From: the human T2T-CHM13v2.0 reference genome, Homo sapiens
DNA length: 64,000 bases
Assembly: GCF_009914755.1 (NCBI RefSeq)
Contig: NC_060933.1
Strand: one strand, 5' to 3'
Each line of letters begins with the position of its first letter. Position 1 is the first letter of the stretch. The notes under the pieces were generated by a model. That model was not told the DNA's origin. It was given only the letters and a program-made list of their open reading frames with translations, and made no database searches. Below, in pieces: positions 28,096 through 43,415 of this stretch. A program made the translations under genes and the position numbers.

Positions 28096-28256
28096 ACTCC
28101 AGTGTGAGCCTTAGTTTCTACAATTGTAAATTAAGAAGTTGGGGTCTTAAATAGTTTACGTTCCAATCTATGTTATACTTCAGTAAAATTATAATCAGTT
28201 CAGTCACTGAAATCAGGGAGAAATCAAACATGACATCTTAAAACAATCATTTTTCA

Positions 28257-29841
28257 GGTAATTTATAGATTCAATGCCATCCCCATCAAGCTACCAATGA
28301 CTTTCTTCACAGAATTGGAAAAAACTACTTTAAAGCTCATATGGAACCAAAAAAGAGCCCACATTGCCAAGACAATCCTAAGCCAAAAGAACAAAGCTGG
28401 AGGCATCATGCTACCTGACTTCAAACTATACTACAAAGCTACAGTAACTAAAAGAGCATGGTACTGGTACCAAAACAGAGATATAGACCAATGGAACAGA
28501 ACAGAGCCCTCAGAAATAATAGCACACCTCTACAACCATCTGATCTTTGACAAACCTGACAAAAACAAGAAATGGGGAAAGGATTCCCTATTTAATAAAT
28601 GGTGCTAGGAAAACCTGCTAACCATATGTAGAAAGCTGAAACTGGATCCTTTCCTTATACCTTATACAAAAATTAATTCAAGCTGGATTAAAGACTTAAA
28701 TATTAGACCTAAAACCATAAAAACCCTAGAAGAAAACCTAGGTAATACCATTCAGGACATAGGCATGGGCAAGGACTTCATGTCTAAAACACCAAAAGCA
28801 ATGGCAACAAAAGCCAAAATTGACAAGTGGGATCTAATTAAACTAAAGAGCTTCTGCACAGCAAAAGAAACTACCATCAGAGTAAAAAGGCAACCTACAG
28901 AATGGGAGAAAATTTTGGCAATCTACTCATCTGACAAAGGGCTAATATCCAGAATCTACAAAGAACTCAAACACATTTACAAGAAAAAAACAACCCATCA
29001 AAAAGCAGGCAAAGGATATAAACAGACACTTCTCAAAAGAAGACATTTATGCAGCCAACAGATACATGAAAAAATGCTCATCATCACTGGCCGTCAGAGA
29101 AATGCAAATCAAAACCACAATGAGATACTATCTCACACCAGTTAGAATGGAGATCATTAAAAAGTCACAAAACAACAGGTGCTGGAGAGGATGTGGAGAA
29201 ATAGGAACACTTTTACACTGTTGGTTGGACTGTAAAGTAGTTCAACCGTTGTGGAAGAGAGTGTGGCGATTCCTCAAGGATCTAGAACTAGAAATACCAT
29301 TTGACCCAGCCATCCCATTACTGGGTATATACCCAAAGGATTATAAATCATGCTGCTGTAAAGACAAATGCACACATATGTTCACTGCAGCACTATTCAC
29401 AATAGCAAAGACTTGGAACCAACCCAAATGTTCATCAATGATAGACTGGATTAAGAAAATATGGCACATATACACCATGGAATACTATGCAGCCATAAAA
29501 AAGGATGAATTCATGTCCTTTGTAGGGACATGGATGAAGCTGGAAACCATCATTCTCAGCAAACTATCGCAAGGACAGAAAACCCAACACCACATGTTCT
29601 CAGTCATAGGTGGGAATTGAACAATGACAACACTTGGACACAGGAAGGCGAACATCACACACCGGGGCCTGTTGTGGGCTGGGGGCTAGGGGAGGGATAG
29701 CATTAGGAGATATACCTAATGTAAATGACGAGTTAATGGGTGCAGCACACCAACATGGCACATGTATACATATGTAACAAACCTACAGGTTGTGCACATG
29801 TACCCTAGAACTTAAAGTGTAATTAAAAAATTAAAATTAAA
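28257..29841 (+). mobile_element. L1PA5-like 5'-truncated element
   Basis: ORF2 pieces 28297..28608, 28765..29145, 29066..29620; TSD aatcatttttca at 28245-28256 and 29842-29853. Confidence 0.95.
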
Positions 29842-30319
29842 AATCATTTTTCAACAATCTCTCTGGAAAATTGTCTTCATTGAAAACCTACTACTTATTT
29901 CTGTTCTAAGCATTAAACAGGATAAAGAAGAAAATGAAGGACTCTCCTGCTTGAACTTATAGTCTAAGTATTGATGCAAAACTAACAACCAGTTTACAAG
30001 TATACATAACTATATATTTGTGCATTTAAATATCCACGTTTCCATCTGCCTCTAACAATTATATTGGGTCAATAGCATATTGCACATTTCTTTGCATTAA
30101 TCTAACCACTTTTTTTAATTCATATTTTTGTCTTGGCTCATACTAGGTTATTTTCCTCTCTTCCCTTATGCTTTATAAACATTTAGAATGATACAGAATA
30201 TATTTTCTAATTGTTAGAATTTAAATGAGCAGGACAATGAGAGCTGGAGTAACTGATTTTTAGAGGAACTAACTAATATGTCTTGAGCAAATACCATGAG
30301 TGGGTAAGAAAACTAAAAC

Positions 30320-30775
30320 TTGTTTGAGCTCTTACTATGTGCTGGAAATCTTTATATATATATATATATAATCTCATTTATGCCTCATAGCAACAGTACG
30401 AGGAATGACTGTATGTCTGTTTGTATTATTAACATTATCATCATCATCATTACCATTTTACAGAAGAGGAAATAAAGATTCAGAAAGATTTCTGAAAACT
30501 TCCGCACAGTCACACAGCTATTATAATAAATGACAAAGTCAGAATTTCGATGCAAAATTCTTTTTTAAGAATATAGAGGTGAAATAACATGATGTCTCAG
30601 TTTTCTTGTAAATGCTTCAGTGGAAGAGCAAGGGGAAGAGTGGTAGTAAAGACAAATAGATGAATCAAAGTCTGAAAAATATTTATAAATGCTAAAGCTG
30701 GGTGACCATTGTCGAGACCACTCATTGTTATTCACTCTACTTTTATCTACAAATGAGATTATTCATAATTGGAAA
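30320..30775. mobile_element. MIR (-) containing (TA)n, then an L1ME-like 3' end (+)
   Basis: ccattttacagaagaggaaat; ggtgaaataacatgatgtct...ttcactctactttt. Confidence 0.6.
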
Positions 30776-31330
30776 AAATGGGAAAAATCTACTTTTTTTT
30801 TTTTTTTAAAGAAGACGAGTTTTCTCTGTTCTGCCCACTACTCTGCATAGCCTTCATAAAGCCTTGAGCTGAGTTTTGAATAATGTGGAAGGTTTGATTA
30901 GACAGAAAGAAAGGGAAGACAGAAAGGCCTAGGAACAGAATAAAAACGAGAACAGATTTTCTATGAAGTAAAGGGAGATGACTTTTTAAAGAAGAAGATA
31001 TGAGCTGTGGAAGAGAGGAGAAGATGTAAAGTAAGTTTGGGAATGTTGGCTTAAATTCAATTATTAAGAACCTTGAAAGCCAAGCAAAGAACAATAGAAC
31101 TTTAAAAAAAATCTTTATTCTAAGCTCCATCTTAATCCATCACTGAAGTATATATTGAGAATATTCAAAGGCCTAAAAAAATTTTAGATCAAATACTATA
31201 CTAGCAAATATCATTAGAACAAAAAAAAAACCCACACATATCTTTTCAAAAAGGGACTTCAGTGTGGCAAAACCAGATTAACACCCCATTTGTTACAAGT
31301 CATTCTTAATTCAACAATATTTCATCATAA

Positions 31331-31639
<309 letters not shown>

Positions 31640-31946
31640 TGACTAGTGAAAGGTCTAATAATGTCAACTCCTCGTAGGTTCTGAATTTACCAGGCTTCAG
31701 CGGGAGAAAAAGGTTGGTGTATCTGGAAGAAGTTTTGAGCCAGACAGACTAGAGACTGAATTCCATGACTTCCCTGCCATAAACCTGAACAGTTATTTAA
31801 TAGCTCTTCATGTGTAAAATGGAAATGATAATGCCTCTCTCACAGTTGGTACACTTAAATAAAGAAAAATAGCATATGGAAAGTTAACCTATACGACTTA
31901 GTACAGTGCCTAGCATCTTGAACTGTATCCTTTCGCTTTGACCCAG

Positions 31947-32362
31947 TGTCAAACATTCTGATCCATTGTTACATTTGAGAAGCTGCCCGCTGTGCAGCTG
32001 CCTTCTGTAAGGAATATTATGACGGTCTGATCACAAAGCATCCCATCAATCTGCTTTTTCTTCCTCTTTTGAAATGTCCCCACACTGCTCCCTTGCCCCC
32101 TTGTAGCCAGCTAAGGAGGGCCAAATACACCTGTAGACAAATTAGAACATCTCCTCCACTTCCCAAATCCCACCCTACTTGAATGCTTGCCAACCAGAGG
32201 CTGTCTCAGTATTTCCTCTTTTTAGTCTATAAAATGTACCCTCCTTTCTAAGACCTTTGTATACCTGCTGAAAGGAAAATGACCACACATGAGTTCTGGA
32301 TGCACGGTTATAAGTAAATAGCTTTCATTAATTTTGCATTGGACTTTGTTTTATCTTTGACA
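31947..32362 (+). mobile_element. Probable ERV1-class solo LTR, family not determined
   Basis: Termini tgtcaaa...tttgaca, TATA-like ctataaaa near 32227, agtaaa near 32312; a MIR lies upstream (~31720-31920). Confidence 0.55.
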
Positions 32363-33466
32363 CATTGTATGGCAGACCCACTGACCAGGGTCTGAAAATG
32401 GACCTATCACACTGAGCACAGTATCATGGCATGAGCAGTCCAGGGTATTATCTTTCTACCAAAAGAGGTTCTGAAGTCAAAAGAAGTATCCAGTTTGTTT
32501 GGCACTGTACACTAATATGTATCCATATCTTAAGGAATTATAGCAATCATGAGTATACTGAAGGCATTTGGTGAAAAACCTTTTGTTTAAGCCAATATAT
32601 TTCAAATTTCTTCCGCATCACAGAATGCCCACCCCTCCATAATGCTATAATAAACTAATCACCACCTTCTTCATTCTGAGGTCACCTTCACATGGCTTAG
32701 TAGTGCATCCAGATATTACTAAGTAGCTAGTTAGAATAACAGGGGTGAAAACAAAGGCAAAATCAAGTTTATAAAGGAAGAGAGAAAGAATTATGAGAGA
32801 AAATAAAAGACAGTGGAATGAATCAAACAGCAAGGACATATATGGCATAAGTATATTGGAAGCAATTGCATGAGTCTCTTAATTCAAAATCCTTTTAGGG
32901 TTAGGGATACCATGTTAGAACCACTGAAATGTCAGTTACTGTAGTCAAGCAGAATTTGAGCCCCTTTCCCTAATATTCCTCCTAAAATAGTTTTGGTCAT
33001 CCTTTAGTCCTATGTGGGGGTAAGTTTCAAATTAGAGCTTTAAATGTTGTCTGGCTTTGAAGAGCACTTAAGCTTATAAAAGAAATAAACTGGTACATTG
33101 CAGTGTCAAGCTAAATAGATGATTTATTGACACTTTTTCGGAACTACTCTAGGTTACTTTTTGTGGCATATATCCAAATGGAACAGCACCAAGGTATTTA
33201 TATAGGCTCCAATTTCTGCACTTCTCCAATATCTGGCATGAAGTGTTTTTATGTTATATAACCTTTTCCCCTGAACTAGCTTTTGCTCGTCCTTTAAGCT
33301 GAAAATTGATCAGTGTCTGAGTATTTGGGTAGGCATACTACCACTAAGCAACTTACATGCTGGAGACAAACAGCCTGAAAATTCCTTTGCATTGTACTAC
33401 TTTGAGCAAATTTAGGAGACTGGAGAGCTGACCTGTATATAGGTGGGTGTAAAACAAGAATCTGGC

Positions 33467-33926
33467 TGTATTAGAGTTCTCCAGAACTCTATGTAAATAG
33501 GACATGTAAAGCTATATAGGGAGGTATTTATTGTAAAGCATTAGCTCACAATTATGGAGGCTGAGAAGTCTCATGACCTGCCGTCAGCAGGCTGGAGGCC
33601 CAGGAAAGCTGGTGGTGTAGTTCTAGTCCAAACCTGAAGATCTGAGAATAAGATATGCTGATGTCCAAGGGTAGAAGAAGATGGATATTCCAGCTCAGGA
33701 AGAGAAAACTAATTTTCCCTTCCTCTGCCTTTTTGTTCTATTCAGGCTCTCAACAGATTGAATGTTGCCCACTCGCATTGGTGAGGGTGAACTTTATTCA
33801 GTCTACAGATTCAAATGTTAGTCTCTTCTGGAAACACCCTCTCAGACATATCCAGAAATAATGTTTTACTAGCTATCTGAGCATCCCTTAGCCCGTTCAA
33901 GTTGACACACAAAGCTAATCATGATA
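33467..33926 (-). mobile_element. MLT2 (ERVL) solo LTR
   Basis: ggaggctgagaagtctcatgacctgcc...aaacaccctctcagacatatccagaaataatg. Confidence 0.9.
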
Positions 33927-34632
33927 CTTGCTTAGCTGTATGTGTGCTCAAGGTCCTTCCCAACAAAAATGCTCTTATTACTCCATCCAGGGATACTGCA
34001 TCCTCAGTGCAGGTTCTTCCCTGTACAACGGTGCCAGACTAGATGGGAAGAGGACAGTGAAATCTATAGCACCTTCTTCTTGCTAAGACATGTGTCTGAG
34101 AGGCTGCATAATCTCAAATAAGTCAATTTCTCCAAATTTTCACAGAGATGTCACAAATGACCTGCAGCCCAGTTTCCATTCATTCGTTCATTCACTCAAT
34201 CAATTAATATTGTCTCGGTACCCATTGGGTAAAAAACATTGTTCTAGCTATTGTAGGAGACTAAAAAAACAAAACAATGCAGCCTAGGGAGATTCAGCAT
34301 GCACATGAATATAAAGTTTAAAGGGGTAAAAGAAGCAAAAATGAAATACTAGGAATGGGCTTCAGATTGTGGGTCTCATCTCTCAATTCTTCGTGGTAGG
34401 CCCCTTTATTCTCATCCTGTCTTGATCTTGTTTCCTTTCCTGGATTGAACATAATACAAATCACTTCTCCTAACTTTGATCACCATCCCCTCTTCTCTTT
34501 CTCATAAATCTTATCAGGGATTAGGAACATGGTCTCCACTTGCCTTTTCTTGTCCCTGACCAGCACAATTACAGCTTGTTTATCATACCTTTATCCCACA
34601 GTATAGGCTCTCCACTGTCCTGTGACCTAGAC

Positions 34633-35185
34633 CAGTGATCTGCAACTTTTTCTGCAAAGCGCCAGATGATAAATATCTGGGGCTTTGTGGGCCACACAGT
34701 CTCTGTTGCAACTGCTTACCTTTTTAGATATCGGCAGAAGCAAGCAAAAATTTGTATTTCATATAATTTTTAACATGTCATCAAAAATTCTTTTTTAATT
34801 TTTTCCAAACATTTTAAAATGTAGAAACCATTCTGTTTAAAAAATAAAGAGTACAAGGGCAGTTTTGTTACATAGATATATTACATACAGGTAAAGTCTA
34901 GGCTTTTAGTTTAACTATCACTTGAATAGCATCCATTGTACCCACTAAGTAATTTCTCATCCCTCACCCCCCTTCCACTCTTCCAAGTCTCCAATGTCTA
35001 TTATTCAACATTCTCTGTGTGTACATGTTATTTAGCTCCCATTTATAGATGAGAACGTGGTATTTGACTCTGTGTCTGAGTTGTTTCACTTAAAAGATAA
35101 TGGCTTCCAGCTTCATGCATGTTGCTGCAAAAGACATGATTTCATTCTTTTTTATGGCTGAACAGTATTCCATTGTGGGTGTATG

Positions 35186-35235
<50 letters not shown>

Positions 35236-35552
35236 TAGACACATTTTCCTTATCCAGTCATTCGCTGATGGACACTTAGGTTGATTCCATGACATTACTA
35301 TTGCGAATGATGCTGTCAAACATACAAGTGCAGGTATCTTTTTGATATAGTGATTTCCTTTGGGTAGATACCCAGTAGTGGCATTGCTGGCTTGCATGGT
35401 AGTTCTATTTTTTGTTCTTCGAGAAATCGCCATACTGTTTTCCATAGAGATTGTACTAATTTACATTCCCTTATCAACAGTGTATAAAATAATGTAGGAA
35501 CCATTCTTAGCTCCTGGGTCATGCAAAAAGGCCCACAGATTGCTGGCTCCTA
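34633..35552. mobile_element. MER58-type hAT MITE interrupted by an L1PB4-like 3' end (34835-35490, minus)
   Basis: TSD aatgtag(a/g)aaccattct at 34818-34834 and 35491-35507. Confidence 0.85.
35187..35232. repeat. (TG)23 microsatellite
   Basis: Seen directly. Confidence 0.98.
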
Positions 35553-35819
35553 GCCTAGAATGTATGTAAAGAGTATGTATGTATAGAGTGGCCCCAAGCC
35601 ATAAGGATACAGGCAAGATGAGGAGAGGAAGAGAGAAAGGAAAAGCAATGGATAGGAAGGTATAATACTTAAATCTGCTAGGAAGTTAAATCTTATAACA
35701 AGTGCTCTGGCCCAGGGTTTGTGAAATTTTCATACAGGCATAACTACTATGCCTGTTCTGTGAACAGGCAAATGTTCTGTGAACACTGGTAATCGTTTTC
35801 GTAAAGCCAGTTGTAAATG

Positions 35820-36150
35820 TGTGTAGAAGAAAATGCTACCTGTTTACCAAAACTCTGTTTCTTTTTCTCCTGGTCAGGCAAGTAGGCTACTTTTCCCAAC
35901 CTACCTTGCAGTTAGCTGTGGTCATGTAACTAGCTGTCACAATGAAATGGGAGCCCAAGTGAGATCAATCACTTTTAAGAAGAGGGGAGGCCTCCTCCAG
36001 CTTCTCTTTCCACCTTCTACCAACTGAATGTTATGGAAGATGGAGTTCCATTAGATGGTGGAGTCACACAAATGAGGGAGCCTTGGTCCCTCAAGAACCA
36101 CATATAGAAGAGCTGCTCACTGACCGGGAGTTAACCTTATTTATGCTAAG
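35820..36150 (+). mobile_element. MLT1-family LTR fragment
   Basis: ccttgcagttagctgtggtcatgtaactag motif. Confidence 0.7.
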
Positions 36151-36984
36151 GTATAAATTACTAAGAAATGTTGATTGTGTGACCATTACTTATAGAATAA
36201 AAAATACATATTCATAGTTTTAAAAAGTTATGACTTAATATGAAGAAAAAAACAGAACTTTTCACATCAATTGTGTTCAAAGAGCTATGTTTTGGGACAC
36301 ACAAAATAAATTACTGCCTCCCACCTAAATAGAATAGGAGCAATCACAGGAAGAAGGAAAGACCTATTTGCCTAACATATCCACAGAACTTAATATCAGG
36401 TTTTTACTGTTTTTAAGCCCTTAATGGGTCTGAAATTTCTACTCTAATCCTAACTCTTCCATTCTTCATTTTCAGAGACATGAAATTTTAGATTTTGAAA
36501 GGACTTGAATGGCAACACGTCTAACCTCTCTCCTTTAGAGAAAAACATGTTGTCAATATCAATAATATAATCCTCAAATTATATTGAGAATTATATCCCT
36601 CAGTCTCCTCTTTACCAGGCTAACTATCCCCAATTCCTACGGGATTTTTTTTTTTGCAAATGTATTTTAATCCATTAATCTTTCTCATTCTTCCTTCACT
36701 TGTTCACTCTTTCTCAGGTTACAAAGTTCAGAAAGGGACATGAGATTCTAAATAAAGACATAACCAACAAGGCCAGCCAGGCCTATGTATAGACAGAGTT
36801 GAAAGCTGCCAGCCTGGTTTGATTTGAGATGCAGAAAAGCTCCTGGTTCTCTTCTTCTCCAGCCCCAATCACCCAGACAAAAATAGTCCCCCTATCTTGC
36901 TTGCCAAGGACAATTTTCCCATCATTGGAGGGCCTTTGGGAAAAGGGGCAGAAGAAAGGCAACTATATTTCTTTTAAAAATGTG

Positions 36985-37440
36985 CTTGTCTGTATGCTAG
37001 ATACATTATATACATTACTTCACTTAAACTCTACAAATATCTTAAGAAGTTACTAGTGCATATATCATAAAGAAAGCAATTAGTAAGAGATAAGAACATA
37101 AGCTCCACAATCAGGCAGACCTAAGTTTGAATTCCAGCTCCAACATTTACTGGCTGTGAGACCTTAGCTAATTTGTTTACCCTCTCAAAGCTTCAAGTTC
37201 CTGACCTAGACAGTTTATTCAACCTACAGCGTAGGATGATGTCATGAACAAGCAAGATAATCTATGTGCCTGTTCCACTGCCTGCCTCCGGACAAATACT
37301 CAGTATGTGTAAGCCAGTATTATTATCCCCATTTTACAGATAATCAAGTTGAGTCAGAGAAGTGATTTGCCTCAGAGCACAGAGCTAAGAAGTAGCAGAA
37401 ACATCTGAACCCAACTCTCCCTCCAAAGCTTGTTTGTTCC
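36985..37440. mobile_element. MIR (+, ~37070-37320) between two halves of a MIR (-)
   Basis: gaattccagctccaacatttactggctgtgagacc followed by ccccattttacagat. Confidence 0.65.
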
Positions 37441-38242
37441 ACTACCATTTCCAAAAGACTTCTCATGAATTCATATGAATGGCCCAGGAGAAGCAGCACA
37501 AAAGTTCCACCACCATAATTTTAGAGTATCCAACTTAGGAACGAAGTATGTAGCCCTGATATGTAAGTAAGTAGGTAAGTATTTAGAGTTGGAAAGAATG
37601 AGTCAGAAGACAAGTTTCCAAGAAAATGTGGCTCAATTTGAAGGAGGGAGCAAAAAGGCCTCAAGGGAGCTTTACTGTTCATGGCCACTGGTTATGGACA
37701 CTGGGAACATTTGAGAATTGTGCACCAAAAGTAGGGTGGGGTAGTGTTGAGAGCCCGCTTCACCTAAGATGCAAGAGCTCGAACAGGAAATTAAAAGTTA
37801 ACAGAGTTCACACTCTGATCTGCACTTGCTTTGGAAAAAAAAATCTCAATTTTATAAATTGGTACAAAAGAAATATATCAAAGATAGCCAGTTATATAGT
37901 CAAAGAAAAAGAAGACAAAAGGAAGCCTGAAGGTAAGCCTGCTTTGTTCATTTTCATAGTTTCAGCAGTCAAGCTAGAGCCTGTCATATGCTAGATTTGC
38001 TATTTCATTTATGCCTTGGAGTATACATTGTACAGTCACTCAAAATTTGGTGACAAAGTTCTTGTCTCTAAAGCGGGACATGCAGAATCCCAATCACGGT
38101 TCCTTCACTTGGTGGCAAGTTGCCTCATTCTCTGTGCCTCAGTTTCCTCATCCTTACAATGAGGATAATAAGAGTACCTACCTCATAGGGTTGAGTAGGG
38201 AGTCAGTGAGTTAAAACATATAGCAGAAGGTGCTCAACAGAT

Positions 38243-38604
<362 letters not shown>

Positions 38605-39570
38605 TGAGACTGAAGTTGCTCAGTGGCTTGCGTGAATCTTCCCCAGATAGCAATCAGAAAGATCAGATCCCAAAGGCAGGATTTATGTCTCCAAGCATCA
38701 TCTTCCTCCTCCTTGCCATGCTACTTCTGTGATGTATATTCTGTGATGTGTAAGAAAAAGCTCAATAACCTATCAGACAGTGCTTTCCAAATAATCTGAA
38801 ATTTCCTTTATTGCTTTACAGTCATGACTGGGACTTGGAGATTTGTCTTGACTGAATAGCTGAATGAGTATCTTCATGTGGCCAAATGTCGTTAGTGACA
38901 AAAGGTCAATACATCAACCTACTTGCTCATAGTACAGAAAAGAACAATTAAAATAAGTGGGGTGGGCAAATACAGAGCATGTGCATTTTCTCCCTAAGAT
39001 ACCCTGGACAAATTACTTGTTGAGCAGCAACTGCTAACAGCAGTTACTCATACTGAATTAAAGAAGCCATCACTATACTCTTTTGTCATCCTCCCCACTA
39101 AAAAAAAATACTGAAGTGGTAGATGAGCCCTGCCTAAAATAATGAAGGACCCTTCATTATTAAATAATCATTTAATTATTATTATAATTAATAATAATCA
39201 TTATTATCATTTAATTATTATTAATAATAATCATAATTATTATTAAATAATCAATTTCAAATCTTTGAATGGGTCATTGTTTAGTAAAGGGAATGGTTAT
39301 TGAAAGCAGGGAGATGAATAAATGGAACTAGCCCAGCTCTCCATAAAAAGTTAGTTACTAGCTTATTTGTGAAAGAATCTGCCAATCAAATTATAGACAG
39401 TTAAAAAATGTTTCTTTCTCCCTATTGCCAACTGAATTAACATTTGCCCTCAAAATGTACATGTGTGCATGTTTGTATTTGTGTGTGAGCCTACAGCTGT
39501 TGGCTGGACATGAATAAACAAACAAGCAAGCATGTCTGCAAGCCATTTCCACTCATGCTGGTAGAAATAC

Positions 39571-40392
39571 CTTGAAAAGATGCATGCTTGGGGAGACCAC
39601 ATCGCCTCAACCCATTGGGAAGACTTGGAGTGCCAATCCTTTGTAAAAACTGTAAAAAAAAAAAAAAAAAAAAATTTTCATCTCTGTTCTATGTAAAATC
39701 TGGAGCACTACTCTGGACAAACTAGATCAGAGTTCAGGAAGTTTTTAACTATAAACACATAAAATTTCCATCTTCATAGGTCAAAACATGTTGAAGACCA
39801 GCCATTTATAGGGTTTTGTTGCATAACATTGCTAGGGTAATGGAGAGAAGTCCTGGGGTAGATCAATCCCGAATAGAAGGGAGGGTTTCTCAAATGATAG
39901 ATGTTAGTAATTAGAAAAAAAAAAAGTTATATTGTAGAGAAACATATACCTGTGCATATAAGATCTAGATTAGCAACTGGGTATCCTTATGAAAGACCTT
40001 CCATGAAAGAGTTTCATAACCAGAAGCTCTCTTAGACCACAGAAAAACTCATGCTCAGTAAAATTTTTAATGTCTTCTGATATGTAGAATTTTTTTTTCC
40101 CCAGAACAATCATCAGCCTTCATATACCTTAAAGTGTATATTTTTTTAGTCAGTGTTGAAGGACGTGAATAGAAGCAGTTCAATTTCAATACACGATCCC
40201 TGATTCTCCCAAACATTCCAGGGTTATAATTTCTAATGGTAAGAAGAAATAAAGTCAGATGAGTTAAAGCATATCTCTACTGAACAAAATAGATGGTCAA
40301 ACATTTTATTTACTTTTCTCTGGAACTTCAGTGTTTTCACAGGATCAGACTATTTACTGAAGATGCCATCCCTCATTCACCTTTATTTGGCA
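39571..40392 (-). pseudogene. Three exon remnants (40392-40314; 40127-39950; 39649-39571)
   Basis: IFSK*SDPVKTLKF; YMKADDCSG...ETLSWKVF; poly-T acceptor followed by FLQRIG, open to AAG|GTATTT. Confidence 0.6.
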
Positions 40393-41671
40393 CTGGATTT
40401 TATTAAAAAGGGAGAACAGATGACCTACTAGGCTTGAGGTATGGTCAGAGTTTTCTTAAGGAGTCTTCTTCACACAATTTAAAAATCAGATCCAATCTGA
40501 TCATTCTTATCACTCAGCAAAGTAAAGTGAAAACATTTTGTCAAAATTCAACCTCTTAGATGAAGGAGCCAGCAAACCTGGTTTCTGCCTCCATGCAATT
40601 AGGTGGCTCAATTTGGAAAAGCCCCACCATAATGGCTCAGAGGACTCCCCATTTTGGTTGATGCTGCTTTTCTCTGAAACACAAAAGGTTAACCCCACCC
40701 ATAGGTTGGCACATCCCTAAAGTCTCAGCCACTTCTAGAGGTCTCTCAATGACAAGTTCTTGCTCAGAGTGAAAACCAGCTGTAGGCAGAACAAGGATGG
40801 CAGGTGCAGGGGGAAATGATCACCCTAAGTACATGGTGGCAAGAACATGAGAGCTACGGACTTCATGGTGGAGGAATGCAGGCATTTCTAGATACCGTAA
40901 CAGCCTCTGCAATGGCAAATAATTATGTTTGTGATCGTCTGAAACCCTGAAAATAAGGCTAACCAAGTCAGGGTTGCCTAAGGGCCACAGACACAGAACT
41001 CCAGCCAGTGTCAACATAAGGCTGGTAACTGTGATCACCACAGGCATGAGCAGGAATAAGAACATCCACTGTGTAACATGCACCCAATACCACAGACCTA
41101 ATACCCAAACCCCCACATCTGCCTGGCTTTCACTAAGCCCTGAAATAATGGATTTAAAAGATCATAAATCATCTTTCTTAGACTGGAGGTTGCACAGGGA
41201 AATTCCTAGATGAACCTATTAGTTGAGAACAATCTGAAACCTTTCACCAAAATATGTAAACTGTAATATGTGATACCAAGAAAAGTCGTGTACCCTATTT
41301 TTGGTGCATTGTATTGCACTGTATTTATACATGCTTAACTTTCCCATTTGTCAAAGAGGTTCTTAAGAACAATAACAATGTCTTGTGTATCTTTATATCA
41401 CCACACCTGCATAGAGCCTGACACATAGTAGAAACCCAATATATATTTACTGACCGAATGGATGAAGAATAAGCTTTATAGTAGTGCTAATAAGATGTTT
41501 TATGTTGACATTGAATACACATTACTTTATTTTTCCTTCAAAGATACAGAGAGCTCTGACTCCAAAGTAGGAGACATGATTTGTACTTATTACATTTTAG
41601 CCTAAGATCTACTATATGGTACCAAGTATATTGAGAGCTAGGAAAAAAACAAAAAGAAAAAGAATCACTAC

Positions 41672-41957
41672 CTGTCAAGATATACCATCTATGGATAAAG
41701 AATATCATCCCATCTCACCACAGTAAACAGTTCAGCCTCTCCTATCTGTGCTCCTAGATGGCTTTCTACTCGCGGAAGAACAAAATAAATGATATGAAGT
41801 TAGGCAAGGTCCCTAAAGAATCTAAACTAGCTCTTAGCAATACAAGCCTCAATAAGGTCTTGAGGAGCTTTATAAGAGAGAAACAGTAGATTCTCTCCAA
41901 ACAACTTTCCAAACAACTCAATTTTACAAAGTCAGTGCTTTCTGAATACAGTGAACA
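41672..41957 (-). pseudogene. Exon remnant (286 nt)
   Basis: tttgtttcctttggtatcag|; VFRKH/D, FGKLFGENLLFLSYKAPQDLI, RASFRFF, VVRWDDIL; donor CAG|GTAGTG. Confidence 0.7.
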
Positions 41958-42333
41958 CTGATACCAAAGGAAACAAAAAATGTGACAAGAACATTATGGA
42001 ATAAGGCATAAGGGACACTAAGGTTATGAACCCAAAGAAAATTATACAATAGGAAGATTATATTTCTTTCAGTTCAGAGCAGGTAAAATAAGTTCAGGGT
42101 AAAACAAGAAAACCAACATTAAATCAAAGAATTCAGTAAAATGAATAAGCACTTTGGAGATTCAGATTTTACAGTTAAGAAAGACCAAGAATATTAGCCA
42201 AGTAAAGATAAGAGACTGCCAAGGAAAAGTAATATCCAGTAAAAGTACAGAGGGAAAAAAAACAGTATTTTACTTTTCCTTCCCATATTGAAATTTTTAT
42301 AGAACTTTAAAAAGCATGTTGGAAGAAATTTAC

Positions 42334-42460
42334 TTTTCTTTCCTTAATTATATAATTCTGGAAAGACACAGTCACTGTCAGCAATATCTGGAAGTATTGC
42401 ATTAGAAAAGTCCATACTAGAAATTTTGAAAGAAAGTTTTAAAATGTCTGGAGAGTTTAG
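42334..42460 (-). pseudogene. Exon remnant
   Basis: cttttctttctgtatccacag|; AKLSRHFKTFFQNF, frameshift, SMDFSN; QYFQILLTV. Confidence 0.7.
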
Positions 42461-43415
42461 CTGTGGATACAGAAAGAAAAGATCATTTTAGCTCCAATGC
42501 TAAATTATTTTTCAACCTATCATGTTATCAACTGTGTATATAAAAGATAATATGAACCAAACAAGTTAAATGACATGTTCACATTTCTGTGCTCATTGAC
42601 CTTTCAAGAATTTTGTAAAAAATATTGTAAGGATAATTCTTGATTGCTCTAATTCTCCCACTAATATTTAATATCATCAACCAAATAGTTCATGGTCCTG
42701 TCTTCCCATGCATGTAATTGTCTATTTCTATGTGGACACGAATTAGTATAGACTGATTGTTTTATTGTTCACATCAACAATGTTAACCAAACATGTTTGA
42801 AATGCTGGCCCTAAACTAAACACAAATTTCAACACAGCCACACTAATCAAGCCTGACTACATGAATTATGCAAAATATAAAACTGAAACATGCTTTTATA
42901 TTAAATAACTAAAGTTCACTCTCTGTCTATAACCAATAGTATCAACAGAGTAAACCTGAAAATAATCATAAATGTTTCATGTAGTTTTAATCTTGGGAGA
43001 AGCAAGAGAAGTTTCCACATGGCTATCATAAAATAAATGTCAACAACATATGGGCAAATGAGACCAGACCCAGTATATGTGTAATTCTCTTTATTAGCAA
43101 AAATTAACCTAGGTTAGATCTCTTAGGTTAAGTGGTAGTAAGAGCTGGTAAAAGCAGTAACAGAAAACAGGCATAGAAAAGTAGAAGAATAAAAATGGGA
43201 ACAAATCAAGAAAAGTCCTGCAGAGAGTGTGATTTAGAAGGCTAATATTTTCTCAACAGCAAAACAGATTATAATCTTGACAAATTTTCTGTTGTATTTT
43301 TTAGCATCTTTTATTAGAACATCAAAATTTTTAAAATAAATTTATTCACTAATATGTTATCTCATAAAAAATATTGAATACTGTCATCTCTCTTTCATAA
43401 TAGAAAAAAACTTAC

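Noticed and set aside
28297-29620. L1 ORF2 fragments as an active retrotransposon
   Set aside because: 5'-truncated, with stops and frameshifts, and no promoter or ORF1.
42580-42660. Possible extra exon (SRIILTIFLQN), and likewise 47239-47330 (QYDKCSE)
   Set aside because: Motif-like but lacking a convincing acceptor; not listed as features.
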